DNA of 27,533 nucleotides from a virus (IMGVR_UViG_3300012987_000017:1-27533); one strand, 5' to 3'; counted from the first letter of the stretch, positions 9,575-19,077 are shown. Numbers and translations: made by a program. Notes: generated by a model not told the origin, from the letters alone.

Positions 9575-9601
9575 AAAAAAGCCCCCGGGATCACCGGGGG
9601 C
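9575..9601 (-). terminator. Intrinsic terminator after the major capsid gene
   Basis: Minus strand GCCCCCGG-TGATC-CCGGGGGC-TTTTTT. Confidence 0.85.
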
Positions 9602-9631
9602 CAAGCTCAGACAACTGCCCAAGGAAGAGAC

Positions 9632-10786
9632 TCAGATACCGGTCAGGCGCTGCACGGCGTACGGGCGCTTCAGCATGACGCCGGCCGTCGCGTTCGAGAA
9701 GTCCTCGACGTACGCCTTCGCCAGCTTCTCGGTGCCCAGGGCCATGAACTTCGTGGGCACGAGCTGCGCCCACACCGAGCCGCCGTCGCTGCCGCCGTCC
9801 ACCACCTTGTCGGCGTGGAGGTAGGCCACGTTCGCGCCGCCGTTGGCGAGGTTCAGCTCCGGCGCGGACACGATGCGCATCTTCGGGTACGTCTCGCGGA
9901 TCCACTGGCGCACCGAGATGCCGAAGTCGGACGTGACCGACAGGTACTGCGCGACGTTGGTCGCGAGGCCCAGAGTCATGGCCGTCGACTCGGGGTCGAT
10001 GGTGTCCTGCGACGCCGCCTGCAGACGCGCCACCATGCCGCGGATGTCGGCCGTGATGTTGAGGAACGTCTTCGTCGACCACGTGGTGGTCGAGCCCGTG
10101 CCCGTGGCCGCCGCGGTGACGTAGGCCGGCAGGCTCGGGTCGTTCAGGTAGCCATACGTGCGGTTGGTGCCGCCGTTGTACCCGATGAAGCCGATCTGAT
10201 TCCGGCGGATGTCCAGCGCCAGGGCCGCGGCGTTGCGCTTCTCCGACGCGGTGTTGACGCGGACGCGAGCGCTGCGGGCGTCTTCGAGGATGCCCACGCG
10301 CAGGCCACGTTCCCAGCGGATCACCGTGCGGCGCTCGAAGTTCAGGTTCCAGCTCGACAGCGGGACGTTCGTGTAGTCGCCGTACAGCACGGCGTCACCG
10401 GTCGGCTCCAGGATGCCCTGGATGATTTCCTCGTCCTCCCACGCGCCGACGGTCTGGATGCCGATCAGTTCATCGATCTTCCGGGCCGCCGTGATCGTGT
10501 GGACGAAGCCGGGGAGCCACGCCTGCAGGAACTGCACGGGGTTGGAGATGCTGGCCGTGGTGATCAGGCCGGTGGTGTCGTCGGCCGCGTACCCCGGCAG
10601 GTCCGCCGCGGCGTCCTGCGTGATGTGCGCGAGCTGGCGCGCCACGAACGCGGGCGAGAGGTGGATGCCCACCATCGCGAGCTGTTGCGTGAGGTCGGCC
10701 GCGGCGCAGTGCGACGCGTCCATGGCGACGGCGGCGAGGCCCGCGCCGTACCGGTGCGAGTGCACGACGGATGCTTTTTTGCTCAT
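9632..10786 (-). CDS. Major capsid protein (DUF2184-like, HK97 fold)
   Basis: 384 aa; YGDY, YGYLNDPSLP, WIRETYPKMRIVSAPEL and NATAGVMLKRPYAV motifs; GGAG RBS; followed by a strong terminator. Confidence 0.9.
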   Translation of the reverse strand: MSKKASVVHSHRYGAGLAAVAMDASHCAAADLTQQLAMVGIHLSPAFVARQLAHITQDAAADLPGYAADDTTGLITTASISNPVQFLQAWLPGFVHTITAARKIDELIGIQTVGAWEDEEIIQGILEPTGDAVLYGDYTNVPLSSWNLNFERRTVIRWERGLRVGILEDARSARVRVNTASEKRNAAALALDIRRNQIGFIGYNGGTNRTYGYLNDPSLPAYVTAAATGTGSTTTWSTKTFLNITADIRGMVARLQAASQDTIDPESTAMTLGLATNVAQYLSVTSDFGISVRQWIRETYPKMRIVSAPELNLANGGANVAYLHADKVVDGGSDGGSVWAQLVPTKFMALGTEKLAKAYVEDFSNATAGVMLKRPYAVQRLTGI

Positions 10787-10822
10787 GATTTCTGTTCTCC
10801 GGTGAGGTTCCGTCGTGGTGGA

Positions 10823-11311
10823 TCAGGCGCCGTTCAGGCTGACGAGCGCGAGGCCCGGGGCCGCGTTGGCGTAGCGAACCACCGTCGCGTTCGGGATCTG
10901 CGTTTGGCCCGCGCCCGCGGTGCCCGCGGCGAGCGTGCCGTCCGCCTGGACGAAGTACACGCCCGAGCCCACGGGGGCGGCGTTGGTGAGCTGCACCCAG
11001 ATGCCCGGGGTGCTCGTGACGAACTCGCCGTCGGTGCCGGCCAGCACGGTGAGCGTCGGGGCCAGCGCGCCACCCGCGGCGGTGCCGGAGGTGCTGTAGG
11101 CCTTGGGGTTCGCCAGAATGCCGCCGTACGGGTTCGTGCCGCCGGGGCTGAACTGACCGTCCGCCGGGTCGATGGTGAAGGCGCGGCCGATGACGATGTT
11201 CGCCGCGGTGCCCTTCAGCACGCCGGGCTGCGCGCGCAGCGGGCCTTCGAGGCCCAGTTCACCCACGACGCCGTCGGCGAGACGCAGGTTCACGGTTTGT
11301 TGAAACGGCAT
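10823..11311 (-). CDS. Capsid decoration/cement protein
   Basis: 162 aa, Gly/Ala/Thr-rich, MPFQQTVN start; between the protease and major capsid genes. Confidence 0.7.
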   Translation of the reverse strand: MPFQQTVNLRLADGVVGELGLEGPLRAQPGVLKGTAANIVIGRAFTIDPADGQFSPGGTNPYGGILANPKAYSTSGTAAGGALAPTLTVLAGTDGEFVTSTPGIWVQLTNAAPVGSGVYFVQADGTLAAGTAGAGQTQIPNATVVRYANAAPGLALVSLNGA

Positions 11312-11313
11312 GA

Positions 11314-12954
11314 TCAGGCCCCTTCTTTCTTCAGGTGGTCCGCGACGAAGCCGGCCGAGGGGCGGGCGGCGTCTTGGCCGGTGGTGTGAGCGGACGGCAG
11401 CTTGACGGGGCTCGCCTTGAGGAAGCCTTGCAGCATGGCCTTCTCTTGGCCCTTGGGGGCCTTGAGTTCGAGCTTGTCGCAGCCGTAGGCCACGACCTGG
11501 GCCAGCGTCATACGGCTGTGGTCGAACGCGCCGACGCGGCGCGAGATGCCCGATGCGAGTTCATCGCGTTCGGCCATCCGCAGCACGAACGCCGCTTCGT
11601 CCATGGCCGGGGCCGCGGGCGAGACGACTTCCTTGTCGCCGCCAGCGCCGGCCGGGGTGCCTTCGCCGCCCTCGCCTTCAGTGACGGCCGGCTTCACCGC
11701 GTCCAGCTCGACGACCTCTTCGGCCACCGGGGCGGCGCCTCCGCCACCCAGGGCCGCGAGCGTCTTGTTGATCTCGGCGATCTGCGGGACGATGGTCGAA
11801 AGAACCTTCGCCATCTCGGTGAGGGTCATTTCCCCCGAGGGTTCCGCGTCACCCGCGGGCTTCTTTTCGTCGGCCATGGTGGCTTCCTTTGCGTCAAGTG
11901 AAAACGTCATGCGGTCCATCACCGCGACATCAGGGCCCATTCGACCTTCGGCCACGAGCGCGAGGTGATTGCCGCGGATCTTGCGCTGCACGAAATCGTA
12001 GTTGGTGCCGTTCCAGACACCCGCCACGCGTTCGTAGATGCAGCGATATCCTGCGCTCAATTCGCGCTTGCCTGCCTCGATGAGTTGCGCCAGTGTAGAC
12101 GAAAAAGCCTTGAGGTTTGCGAGCAGGTAGCCCGACTCGGGATCGAAACGCACCTGCTCGCCGATGATCCCTTGAACGCCCTTCTGCTCGGCGGCCACAC
12201 TGCCGGGGATCTCGTCGACGGCGTTGGGGCCGATCATCGTGTGGTCATCGACCCACGGGATCAGCTTGAAGCTCTCGACGCACTCGGGGTCTGCGAGTTC
12301 TTCGGGCGGCCGGAAGACCTGGAAGATTCGGTCCGCGTCCTCGCCCCCGAGCCCGAGCTGCCGGCCGCTGTAGGGGAACACGCCGGCCTTGCTGATCGGG
12401 TTGTCCTTCACCTCGAACCAGCCGTTTCCGTCGACCGTGCGCTCGTCCATGGCCCCTGCCATCGCGACGGCTGCGGCGGTGAGCTGGACGCGTTCGAGGG
12501 TCAGCGCGCAGCCCGGATGCAGCGGCGCGGGCAACGAGGCGATGGGGGCCCACACGTAGCCCAGGTGCTCGTGGTTGATCACGGGCACGAAGGGCGCGGG
12601 CAGCTCGCAGACAAACGAGGTGAATCCGTTGCTCCAATCGAGGAAGCGAATCGGCAGCTCGGGCGTGTAGCCCGTCTCCTCCATACTCTCTCGAATGGCG
12701 GCCTGCTCGGGCGTCTCGCCCTCTTCGATCCCGCCGCCCGGGAATGCCCAGGTCAGCGGGTGGTCACAGTCGCCGTCGCGGCGCAGCAGGAGCAGCACCG
12801 AGCCCGCGCAGTGGAAGACGATGCCGGCCGCCCGGTTCACGCCCTCCGCGTACTGCGCGGCGATGGTCGCCGCCTGCACCGCGCCATGGCCGGCGGCCAT
12901 CAGCGTTTCGATGTTGCGCGCGATCACATCGGCGGTGATGCCCTGCTGAAGCAT
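11314..12954 (-). CDS. NUDIX hydrolase - prohead protease (DUF2213-like) - scaffold fusion
   Basis: Nudix box GGIEEGETPEQAAIRESMEETGY. DUF2213-type motifs ISKAGVFPY, VFRPPEEL, ELSAGY and NHLALVAEGRMG. Acidic, low-complexity scaffold-like C-terminal region. Confidence 0.85.
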   Translation of the reverse strand: MLQQGITADVIARNIETLMAAGHGAVQAATIAAQYAEGVNRAAGIVFHCAGSVLLLLRRDGDCDHPLTWAFPGGGIEEGETPEQAAIRESMEETGYTPELPIRFLDWSNGFTSFVCELPAPFVPVINHEHLGYVWAPIASLPAPLHPGCALTLERVQLTAAAVAMAGAMDERTVDGNGWFEVKDNPISKAGVFPYSGRQLGLGGEDADRIFQVFRPPEELADPECVESFKLIPWVDDHTMIGPNAVDEIPGSVAAEQKGVQGIIGEQVRFDPESGYLLANLKAFSSTLAQLIEAGKRELSAGYRCIYERVAGVWNGTNYDFVQRKIRGNHLALVAEGRMGPDVAVMDRMTFSLDAKEATMADEKKPAGDAEPSGEMTLTEMAKVLSTIVPQIAEINKTLAALGGGGAAPVAEEVVELDAVKPAVTEGEGGEGTPAGAGGDKEVVSPAAPAMDEAAFVLRMAERDELASGISRRVGAFDHSRMTLAQVVAYGCDKLELKAPKGQEKAMLQGFLKASPVKLPSAHTTGQDAARPSAGFVADHLKKEGA

Positions 12955-12956
12955 GC

Positions 12957-13277
12957 TCAGGCCTGCGCGGGTTTCGGTTCGCGCAGCACGAGCGACGCGC
13001 TCACGCCGAGCGAGACGGCCTGCACGGAGCTGGCGTTCACGCTCTCGTCGTGGCTGGTCGCCGTCTGGAGGAAGCCGTTCACCTGGAAGCTGACGTCACG
13101 CTCCTCGCCTTCCTTCAGCGGGGCCAGCACGGCGGCGGCGCGCTCGGCGGTGTCGAGCACGAGCTGGCGGTCGGCCGCGTGCGCCGGCTGGGCGGCCACG
13201 ACCTCGTTCATTTTCTGGGCCACGGCGGCGAGGGCGAGCGCGACGGTTGCGCCGCGAGCGTTGAACGAATACGACAT
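12957..13277 (-). CDS. Hypothetical protein (106 aa)
   Basis: Start ATG 13277 (MSYSFNARG) with GGGAG RBS; fills the gap in the late operon. Confidence 0.7.
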   Translation of the reverse strand: MSYSFNARGATVALALAAVAQKMNEVVAAQPAHAADRQLVLDTAERAAAVLAPLKEGEERDVSFQVNGFLQTATSHDESVNASSVQAVSLGVSASLVLREPKPAQA

Positions 13278-13310
13278 GGGGGAATCTCCCAAGGTTGTTG
13301 AGCTGCGATC

Positions 13311-14039
13311 TTACACGCTCAGGTCCTGCAGCATGCCGGCGAAGTACGCCTGCACGTCCTGCCCCGCGGCCCCGGCGGTCGCCGTCACGAGCACGTCGAA
13401 CGGCCCGACGATGCCGCCGGTGAACTGCTGGGAGAAGTGCACGCAGTTGGCCCCGTCGCGCTGGAGGGCCCACTGCAGGAACGCCCCGTAGTTCACGGAC
13501 GCGGCCGGCTTGCCCTTGATGGCGAAGGCGCACACGACGTTCGTGCCGCCGTCCTTGAGCAGACTCGCGATGAGGTCGGTGATGAAGAGCCGGAAGCCCG
13601 AGGGCACCGTGTAGCGGCTGGACCGCTGAACCTGCTGCGTGGCCGCCAGGAAGCCGCGCACCGCGGCAGAGCTGACGACCGTCACGTTCCCGGCCGTGTC
13701 GCCGGACACCCGGCTGATGCCGTTCACGCGCGTGAAGGGGCCGCCCGGGATGGCGACGGGCGTCGTTCCGTTCAAAGTCACGTCGATGGGCGCGAGACGC
13801 GAATAGTTCGGACCGAGCAGAGACAACCGCAGCACCGCGCCCACATCGCCCGCGCTCGCGCTGACGATGGTCATCGCTTCCCCGGCCGGCGACACAATGG
13901 GCGTGATCGCGATCTCTTCGATGATCGTCTCGACGCCGCTCGCCAGCGCTGTGCGCAGGGAGTTCACCGAGATCCCGCTCTCGCTCGGCGACGCCCCAAG
14001 CATCACGTCGCTTGCGGTCCGCATGGTGCGTGTCGTCAT
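13311..14039 (-). CDS. Hypothetical beta-rich, possibly virion-associated protein (242 aa)
   Basis: Start ATG 14039 overlaps the MuF stop (ATGA); beta-strand-like composition (VTLNGTTPV, YTVPSG). Confidence 0.65.
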   Translation of the reverse strand: MTTRTMRTASDVMLGASPSESGISVNSLRTALASGVETIIEEIAITPIVSPAGEAMTIVSASAGDVGAVLRLSLLGPNYSRLAPIDVTLNGTTPVAIPGGPFTRVNGISRVSGDTAGNVTVVSSAAVRGFLAATQQVQRSSRYTVPSGFRLFITDLIASLLKDGGTNVVCAFAIKGKPAASVNYGAFLQWALQRDGANCVHFSQQFTGGIVGPFDVLVTATAGAAGQDVQAYFAGMLQDLSV

Positions 14040-14920
14040 GATTCTTCCCCCTCTTTCTCGTCCGAGAAATCGAACACCGGGGACATCGTGCACCGACAGT
14101 TGGGTGCTTGTCCAGGGATGCCGCGCTCGCCCGTGCGCTCGTCGATCACCGGCAGGTCGTCGAAGCTGTAAACGTTGCCGTCCATCGCGATGTGGTCTTC
14201 ACGAGGGTGCGCGCCGCCGCCCGAGTGGTGCCACATGAACTTTTCGACGCCGGCCTTCTGCATTCGGCCCTTGTTGATCGAGTTGTATGCCTTGCGCGTC
14301 TGGTCGAGCGCGATGTTCTTCGCGCGGCGGTGCGTCTGCCCTTCGTACTTCTCCAGCGCAGGCACGAGGTCCTGCAGGCCGTTGCCCGTCGTGATGGAAC
14401 GCATCGTTGCGCCCTCCACGTCCTTCAAGTACTCGGACGGGATCGACTTGATCAGGTTCACGTTCTCCGAGACGCTGGCCTTGTAGATGTTGGAGAGCGA
14501 GGAGCCCGGCGTCATGGTCGGCACCTTGAGCGACAGACCGCCGCTCAGCGCCTCAAGGCTGGAGTGCAGCGCCGAGCCGCTGGCCTTGGACGCGCCGTTC
14601 ACCATGGACTCGGCCAGCACCTTGGCCTGCGATGCGAACAGGTCTTCAAACTTGGAGCGCAGCGCATTCAGCAGGATCCGCGACTGGCTCGCGATACTCG
14701 CGTCTTGCCCGAAGTGCGCTGTGCCCGTGTCGCTCTCGAAAAGGCGCTTCACCTCGCGGCTGACCTCGCGCGTCATCTGCTTAACGAGGCGGTCCAGCTT
14801 CTGGGCGTAGCGCGCCTGCACGCCCGCCGGCTCGTTAAGGGGCGTGCCCTTGAAGACGGGCGGCTCCTTGCGGGTCTCCGCCCAGTCGCGACGCTTACGC
14901 GTCAGGAGCTTCTTCGCCAT
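14036..14920 (-). CDS. Minor head protein MuF / SPP1 gp7 family
   Basis: [12 protein letters not shown]...REDH...DGNVY and PGQAPNCRC motifs; follows the portal. Confidence 0.9.
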   Translation of the reverse strand: MAKKLLTRKRRDWAETRKEPPVFKGTPLNEPAGVQARYAQKLDRLVKQMTREVSREVKRLFESDTGTAHFGQDASIASQSRILLNALRSKFEDLFASQAKVLAESMVNGASKASGSALHSSLEALSGGLSLKVPTMTPGSSLSNIYKASVSENVNLIKSIPSEYLKDVEGATMRSITTGNGLQDLVPALEKYEGQTHRRAKNIALDQTRKAYNSINKGRMQKAGVEKFMWHHSGGGAHPREDHIAMDGNVYSFDDLPVIDERTGERGIPGQAPNCRCTMSPVFDFSDEKEGEES

Positions 14921-16427
14921 CGCTCAGCCCGTCTTCGTCCGTCAGCGCCGGGACGCCGTTGTACCCGCTCTGCTCGTCGGATGCCACGCGGTTGCGGATG
15001 TCCGTCCCGTCGATGGCTCCCGCGTCCTTGAGCACCTTGTCCGTCTCGGCCTTGATCTTGTTGACCTCGGCTTGCTCCTTCGTGGTCAGCGTGGACAGCG
15101 GTTCCCACGTGCACTCGACGCTGAACGGCTGGATACCGAACTTCGGCGCGATCTCACTGCGGATCAGGCAGACCATGTGCCGGTCGATCAGCGGTTCGAG
15201 GTCGTTGGCCTGGATGCTCTCCAGCTCCTCGTGGTAGCTGTCGGTCTCGTAGTCGCCTGTCGAGTTGAATCCCTTAGGCGTCGTGCCGAGCAGCTTGGTC
15301 GCCGGCACGTTGGCGGCGGAGGCCACGAGCTGGTACTGCGTCATGATCACGACGTCCAGGTCGGCGAGCGATGTGTCCAGGCGCTCGACCTTGTCGGCCT
15401 CTTTGTCCGCGACCTTGACGCCGTAGTTGTCGAGCTGCGCGCGCCACCAATCCATTGCCTCTGCGAAGACGCTGGGGTTCGCGATGGCCGCGGCGACGTT
15501 CGTGTAGAAGATGTCCGCGCGCTTCGTCATGGCGAGTTGCGGGGCCTCGTTGGCCGTGCGCTCGGCCCCATAGACGCGCTCGAAGATGAGCTGCGGCACG
15601 CTGAGGCCGCCGTACAGGTAGGCCGGCTTGAGCACGTCGGCCACCTCGGGCCCGCGCATCACGCAGAGGTGGGACTTGTGGATGCGCTTGCCGTTGACGA
15701 TCCAGTAGGTGGGTTCGTAGAAGTCGAGGCTCGCCGGGTCCATGGCCGCGCTGTTGGTCAGCTCGGGCGCGGTCCAGTACGGGTCGATCTGGCTGATGCC
15801 CTTGTAGCTGCCGGGCGTGATGCTGTCGGGGTTGAACGGCTTCACGTAGTAGTCGGGGTCGGGGCTGGTGACCACGAACAGCGCGATGCGAATGCCGAAG
15901 ACGCGCCCCTGCTTCACGTACTCCACGAGCGTGCGGTTCAGGCGGAAGCGCTTGTTGGCGCGGTTGATCGCGTCGATGATCTTCGGGTCCACCACGGTGC
16001 CGTCGTTCACCGTGAACTTGTAGCCCTTGCGGATCGCGTCGCGTGCCGGGATCAAGCACGCCTTGTTGACGAGCCAGTGCTGCGCGATGAGCGCCATCAC
16101 CTGATACCCGATGAAGCCTTGCGAGCCGTACCATGCGGCCTGCACCTCGGGCATGCCGATTTGGTTGCCCAGGTTGAACCCCGCTTTGATGCCATCCGGC
16201 CAGTTGTTGGCGTCCATCGCCGTCACCGCGCCGTCCGCGCCGATCACGGCCATCTTGGGCACCGGCAGTGCGGCGGCCAGCCGCTGGAGGCGTTCCAGGC
16301 GCGTGCGGCCGGCGGGTAGGCCGCCGTCGGTCGACATGATTGACATGCGCTCGACGGGCTGCGCCTCGGCGCGCTTCGGCGCGGGCTCGTCGTTGCGGTG
16401 CAGCCAGCGGCGGAATCGAGAGAACAT
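14895..16427 (-). CDS. Portal protein (DUF1073-like), 510 aa
   Basis: [32 protein letters not shown] and YHEELESIQ motifs; follows TerL; likely ATG 16427 with AAAGG RBS. Confidence 0.9.
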   Translation of the reverse strand: MFSRFRRWLHRNDEPAPKRAEAQPVERMSIMSTDGGLPAGRTRLERLQRLAAALPVPKMAVIGADGAVTAMDANNWPDGIKAGFNLGNQIGMPEVQAAWYGSQGFIGYQVMALIAQHWLVNKACLIPARDAIRKGYKFTVNDGTVVDPKIIDAINRANKRFRLNRTLVEYVKQGRVFGIRIALFVVTSPDPDYYVKPFNPDSITPGSYKGISQIDPYWTAPELTNSAAMDPASLDFYEPTYWIVNGKRIHKSHLCVMRGPEVADVLKPAYLYGGLSVPQLIFERVYGAERTANEAPQLAMTKRADIFYTNVAAAIANPSVFAEAMDWWRAQLDNYGVKVADKEADKVERLDTSLADLDVVIMTQYQLVASAANVPATKLLGTTPKGFNSTGDYETDSYHEELESIQANDLEPLIDRHMVCLIRSEIAPKFGIQPFSVECTWEPLSTLTTKEQAEVNKIKAETDKVLKDAGAIDGTDIRNRVASDEQSGYNGVPALTDEDGLSDGEEAPDA

Positions 16428-16438
16428 GACGCGACCTT

Positions 16439-18049
16439 TCAAGCGATGTCGAACACGCCGCGGCGGCGCGGCTCGGCGGGAGCGTAGGCGATCATGACGC
16501 CGTCGGCGAGGTTGGGGGACTTCGCCCCATCGGGGGCCTTGTCGATCAGCAGTTTACCCGCGCCGTTCTCCGAGTAGGTGGGCTGGCTCAGCTCGGCGCA
16601 GAGCTTGACGAGCGACGGGAGCTTGCCGCTGATGCTGATCAGGCTGTCCAGGTCGGCGGGTAGCACCCCCGTGGTGACGGCGCGGTACGTGCGTTGGAAT
16701 CGCAGCCGCAGCGACCACCACGCCTGCGCCTTCGCGTTGGCGTAGTAGTCCTTGTTCAGCCGCCCGAGCTTGTCGCCGCCCGTGGTCGGGTCGATCTGTT
16801 CGATCAGCTTGTCAGGGCTCACGACGCCGCCCGAGCCACGGAAAGGCGAAACGTCCAGCTTCAGGCCGCGCCGCTGCTGCGTCACGCGCGCATCGCCCTT
16901 CACGCCCGCACCAAGACCGTCGGCATCGTAGCGGAAGCTCTCCCACCGCTCGCTCTCTGCGGTGTCGATGGCGCGTTCGGTCGTCGCCATGATGTCGGAG
17001 CCCTTGCCGCTGAAGGCCTCGGCGTAGTTCAGCAGGATGCCCTGCCGGCCGACAAGCGCGTTCAGGTCGGGCCCTTCGTCCGCAACATCCAGCGCACCGC
17101 GGCGAGCGCCTGACGGCTCGATGCCGAGCTTCACGTGGGCGTCAATGGCGGCTCGCACCCACTCGCTCGGGATGACCACACCTGTAACGCTGGCGCTGTA
17201 GTTGATGTCGTACTCCTGGGCCACGACGCGCGGGTCTTCAGTGGCGCACAGCTCGTCGTACCACTCCTGCGTGCGGCGCGGGTCCATCCGCCAATGCAGG
17301 ATGAAGATGCGGTCCTCGGGCCACGAGTGGGCCTTCTCCGCGAACGGGTTGCCCATGCCGTTCACGCTGCTCATGTCGATGCGGCAGTCGGTCGTGGCAG
17401 TGAGCGCGGCTTCGGCCAGCCGCGGGCGCTCAAGGTGGGCGCTCTCGTCGACGAAGTAGATGGACGTGCGGTCACCGCGCCCGATGTTGTCGCCGGCCTC
17501 TCCCGTCATCACCGCGCCCGACTCGGGGAACGTGATGCGCATAAACGTGCCGTTGCGGCTCTCGTCCCACCCGCCCCGGAACTCGCGCGGCAAGTTCTTC
17601 ATGAAGACGCGAGCCTTGAAGAACAGGCTCTTCGGGCTGTCCAGCCGGTCTACGTACTCTTCCTTTCGCGAGCCGAAACCAATCGCCATGCCCGGATAGA
17701 AGAGGCACAGCGTGCAGCTCAAGGCGATGGCGCACCACGACGCGCCCGTGTCACGGCTCTTGGGCACGATCCCGTTCTTCTTCCCCTTCCAGCTCGCCAC
17801 AATCCACTGCATCAGCTCGTGCTGCCTGTCGAACGGAATGAAGGGGATCGTCGCCATGCCCGCGTCGCTGCTCGTCAGCCGCGGGTCGTACGTCATGCCC
17901 CAGTCGCGCACGAAGACCCACGGATGGAGCTTGTAGTACGCCTTGAGCACCGCGAGGTTCTGCGGGCCCGTCTCCGGGTCGCGAATCTTTCGCAGCAGCT
18001 CAATGCGACGCCGGAAGATCGCCGCGTAGTCGGGGTTCAGGAAGTCCAT
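16439..18049 (-). CDS. terL: Terminase large subunit
   Basis: Walker A-like KSRDTGASW, Walker B YFVDE, nuclease motifs LDVADEG and SPNLAD. Confidence 0.95.
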   Translation of the reverse strand: MDFLNPDYAAIFRRRIELLRKIRDPETGPQNLAVLKAYYKLHPWVFVRDWGMTYDPRLTSSDAGMATIPFIPFDRQHELMQWIVASWKGKKNGIVPKSRDTGASWCAIALSCTLCLFYPGMAIGFGSRKEEYVDRLDSPKSLFFKARVFMKNLPREFRGGWDESRNGTFMRITFPESGAVMTGEAGDNIGRGDRTSIYFVDESAHLERPRLAEAALTATTDCRIDMSSVNGMGNPFAEKAHSWPEDRIFILHWRMDPRRTQEWYDELCATEDPRVVAQEYDINYSASVTGVVIPSEWVRAAIDAHVKLGIEPSGARRGALDVADEGPDLNALVGRQGILLNYAEAFSGKGSDIMATTERAIDTAESERWESFRYDADGLGAGVKGDARVTQQRRGLKLDVSPFRGSGGVVSPDKLIEQIDPTTGGDKLGRLNKDYYANAKAQAWWSLRLRFQRTYRAVTTGVLPADLDSLISISGKLPSLVKLCAELSQPTYSENGAGKLLIDKAPDGAKSPNLADGVMIAYAPAEPRRRGVFDIA

Positions 18050-18789
18050 CAGCCGGCGAGCTTCCCATAGAGCGCGGCCAGCGCAGCCGGATCACCCGCC
18101 AGCTCGGCGGGGATCTCGACGTGCGCGAGCGGGCCGCCGTTCTTGCCCGTCAGCTCTCGTTTCTCCACGAGCATGCCCAGGTACTTGGCGATGTTGGCGA
18201 CCGCGCCATCTTGGTCGCGCATCTTCACTTCGATGCCGTCCTTGGTCTTCTTCACGCTCGCAATGAGCCGACGTTCGGCGGGCCCTAGCTTGTCCATGTC
18301 CTCGAAGTAGGTCTGCGTGTGACCCTCGCCTTTGCAGTCGGGGCAGTCGGGATGCGGCGGGCGGTTGTGGGCCCAGCCCATGCCGCCGCTCAGGTCGGGC
18401 AGCTCGTAGGCGTCGGGGTCCTTGCTGTGGCGCTCGTAGGCCTCCGCATACTCGCGCTCGTGCCACTGGTAGGCGTGATCCTCGCCCCAGCAGTGGCGGC
18501 AGTTGACGTGCCGCACGCGCGAAATCTTCGTAGGGTCAGCCGTCGCAATCTGGGCCCAGTGGAGCAGCACCTGCGCGGCCTCGAACTCCACAGCCTGAGA
18601 GACCTTGGCCTTCGCTTCGTTGATCAGCGCTTGGACCTTGGGATCCGCTAGCAGCTTGGAGGCCTGCACGTCCGCCGTCTTCGCGCTGTAGCCAGCACGG
18701 ATGGCTGCCTGCGTTCCGTTCCGATCCTTCGCATACTCCTCCACGAACCGGTAAACGCGCTCAGATTTGATAGGTTTAGGTGCTTCCAT
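18049..18789 (-). CDS. terS: Terminase small subunit with a CxxC...CxxCxGxG insertion
   Basis: FVEEY...NGTQAAIRAGYSAKTA helix-turn-helix typical of Terminase_2; ELTGKNGGPL C-terminus; TGATG overlap with TerL. Start is ATG 18789 or GTG 18798. Confidence 0.9.
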   Translation of the reverse strand: MEAPKPIKSERVYRFVEEYAKDRNGTQAAIRAGYSAKTADVQASKLLADPKVQALINEAKAKVSQAVEFEAAQVLLHWAQIATADPTKISRVRHVNCRHCWGEDHAYQWHEREYAEAYERHSKDPDAYELPDLSGGMGWAHNRPPHPDCPDCKGEGHTQTYFEDMDKLGPAERRLIASVKKTKDGIEVKMRDQDGAVANIAKYLGMLVEKRELTGKNGGPLAHVEIPAELAGDPAALAALYGKLAG

Positions 18790-18798
18790 GATGCCCAC

Positions 18799-18807
18799 AC
18801 TCTAGCA
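18799..18807 (-). promoter_or_regulatory. Candidate late promoter, extended -10 (TG-C-TAGAGT)
   Basis: Minus strand TGCTAGAGT ends 9 nt before the terS ATG; no -35 consensus and no SD. Confidence 0.4.
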
Positions 18808-18826
18808 CGGGAGGTGACCACAACCT

Positions 18827-18868
18827 CTACCCGGCGATCTGGGTGGCTACCCGGATTTTTGGGTAGCC
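18827..18868. repeat. Two tandem 20-bp palindromic boxes CTACCC-N8-GGGTRG
   Basis: CTACCC ggcgatct GGGTGG (18827-18846) and CTACCC ggattttt GGGTAG (18847-18866). The second extends to the perfect inverted repeat GGCTACCC/GGGTAGCC. Confidence 0.75.
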
Positions 18869-18869
18869 T

Positions 18870-18882
18870 TAAGTTGTTGATT
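18870..18882 (-). promoter_or_regulatory. IHF consensus site
   Basis: Minus strand AATCAACAACTTA matches WATCAANNNNTTR exactly, with an A/T-rich tract on its 5' side (18883-18925). Confidence 0.6.
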
Positions 18883-19013
18883 TCACTCTCTTTTCTCTCT
18901 TTTTACCCAAATACCCAAGAAAAATAAGTCAGTCTCTGAAGAACAGTGACAACGTACACTAAGATGTACGCAGCGCCTTACTGTACCACTACACGATTCT
19001 TCCAGGCTGTGAC

Positions 19014-19043
19014 TTGAAAGTAGGGGTCGGTTAGGGGTAAACT
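19014..19043 (+). promoter_or_regulatory. Candidate sigma70 promoter P0
   Basis: TTGAAA-18 nt-TAAACT upstream of the AAGGA RBS and ATG 19078. Confidence 0.5.
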
Positions 19044-19077
19044 TATACCACCCTACACCCGGATTTAAAGGAATTGC

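Noticed and set aside
336-9594. Extended N-termini of track ORFs 336-920, 2559-3569, 7172-7786, 7711-8352, 8079-9077 and 9112-9594
   Set aside because: The upstream parts overlap neighbouring genes or a terminator. Internal ATGs with stop/start coupling or an RBS give better starts.
728-18070. Long plus-strand ORFs (e.g. 728-2293, 5339-7876, 9524-11389, 11965-13491, 14844-16319)
   Set aside because: They are antisense shadows of well-supported minus-strand structural genes in GC-rich DNA: Arg/Gly/His/Val-rich, with no motifs or RBS.
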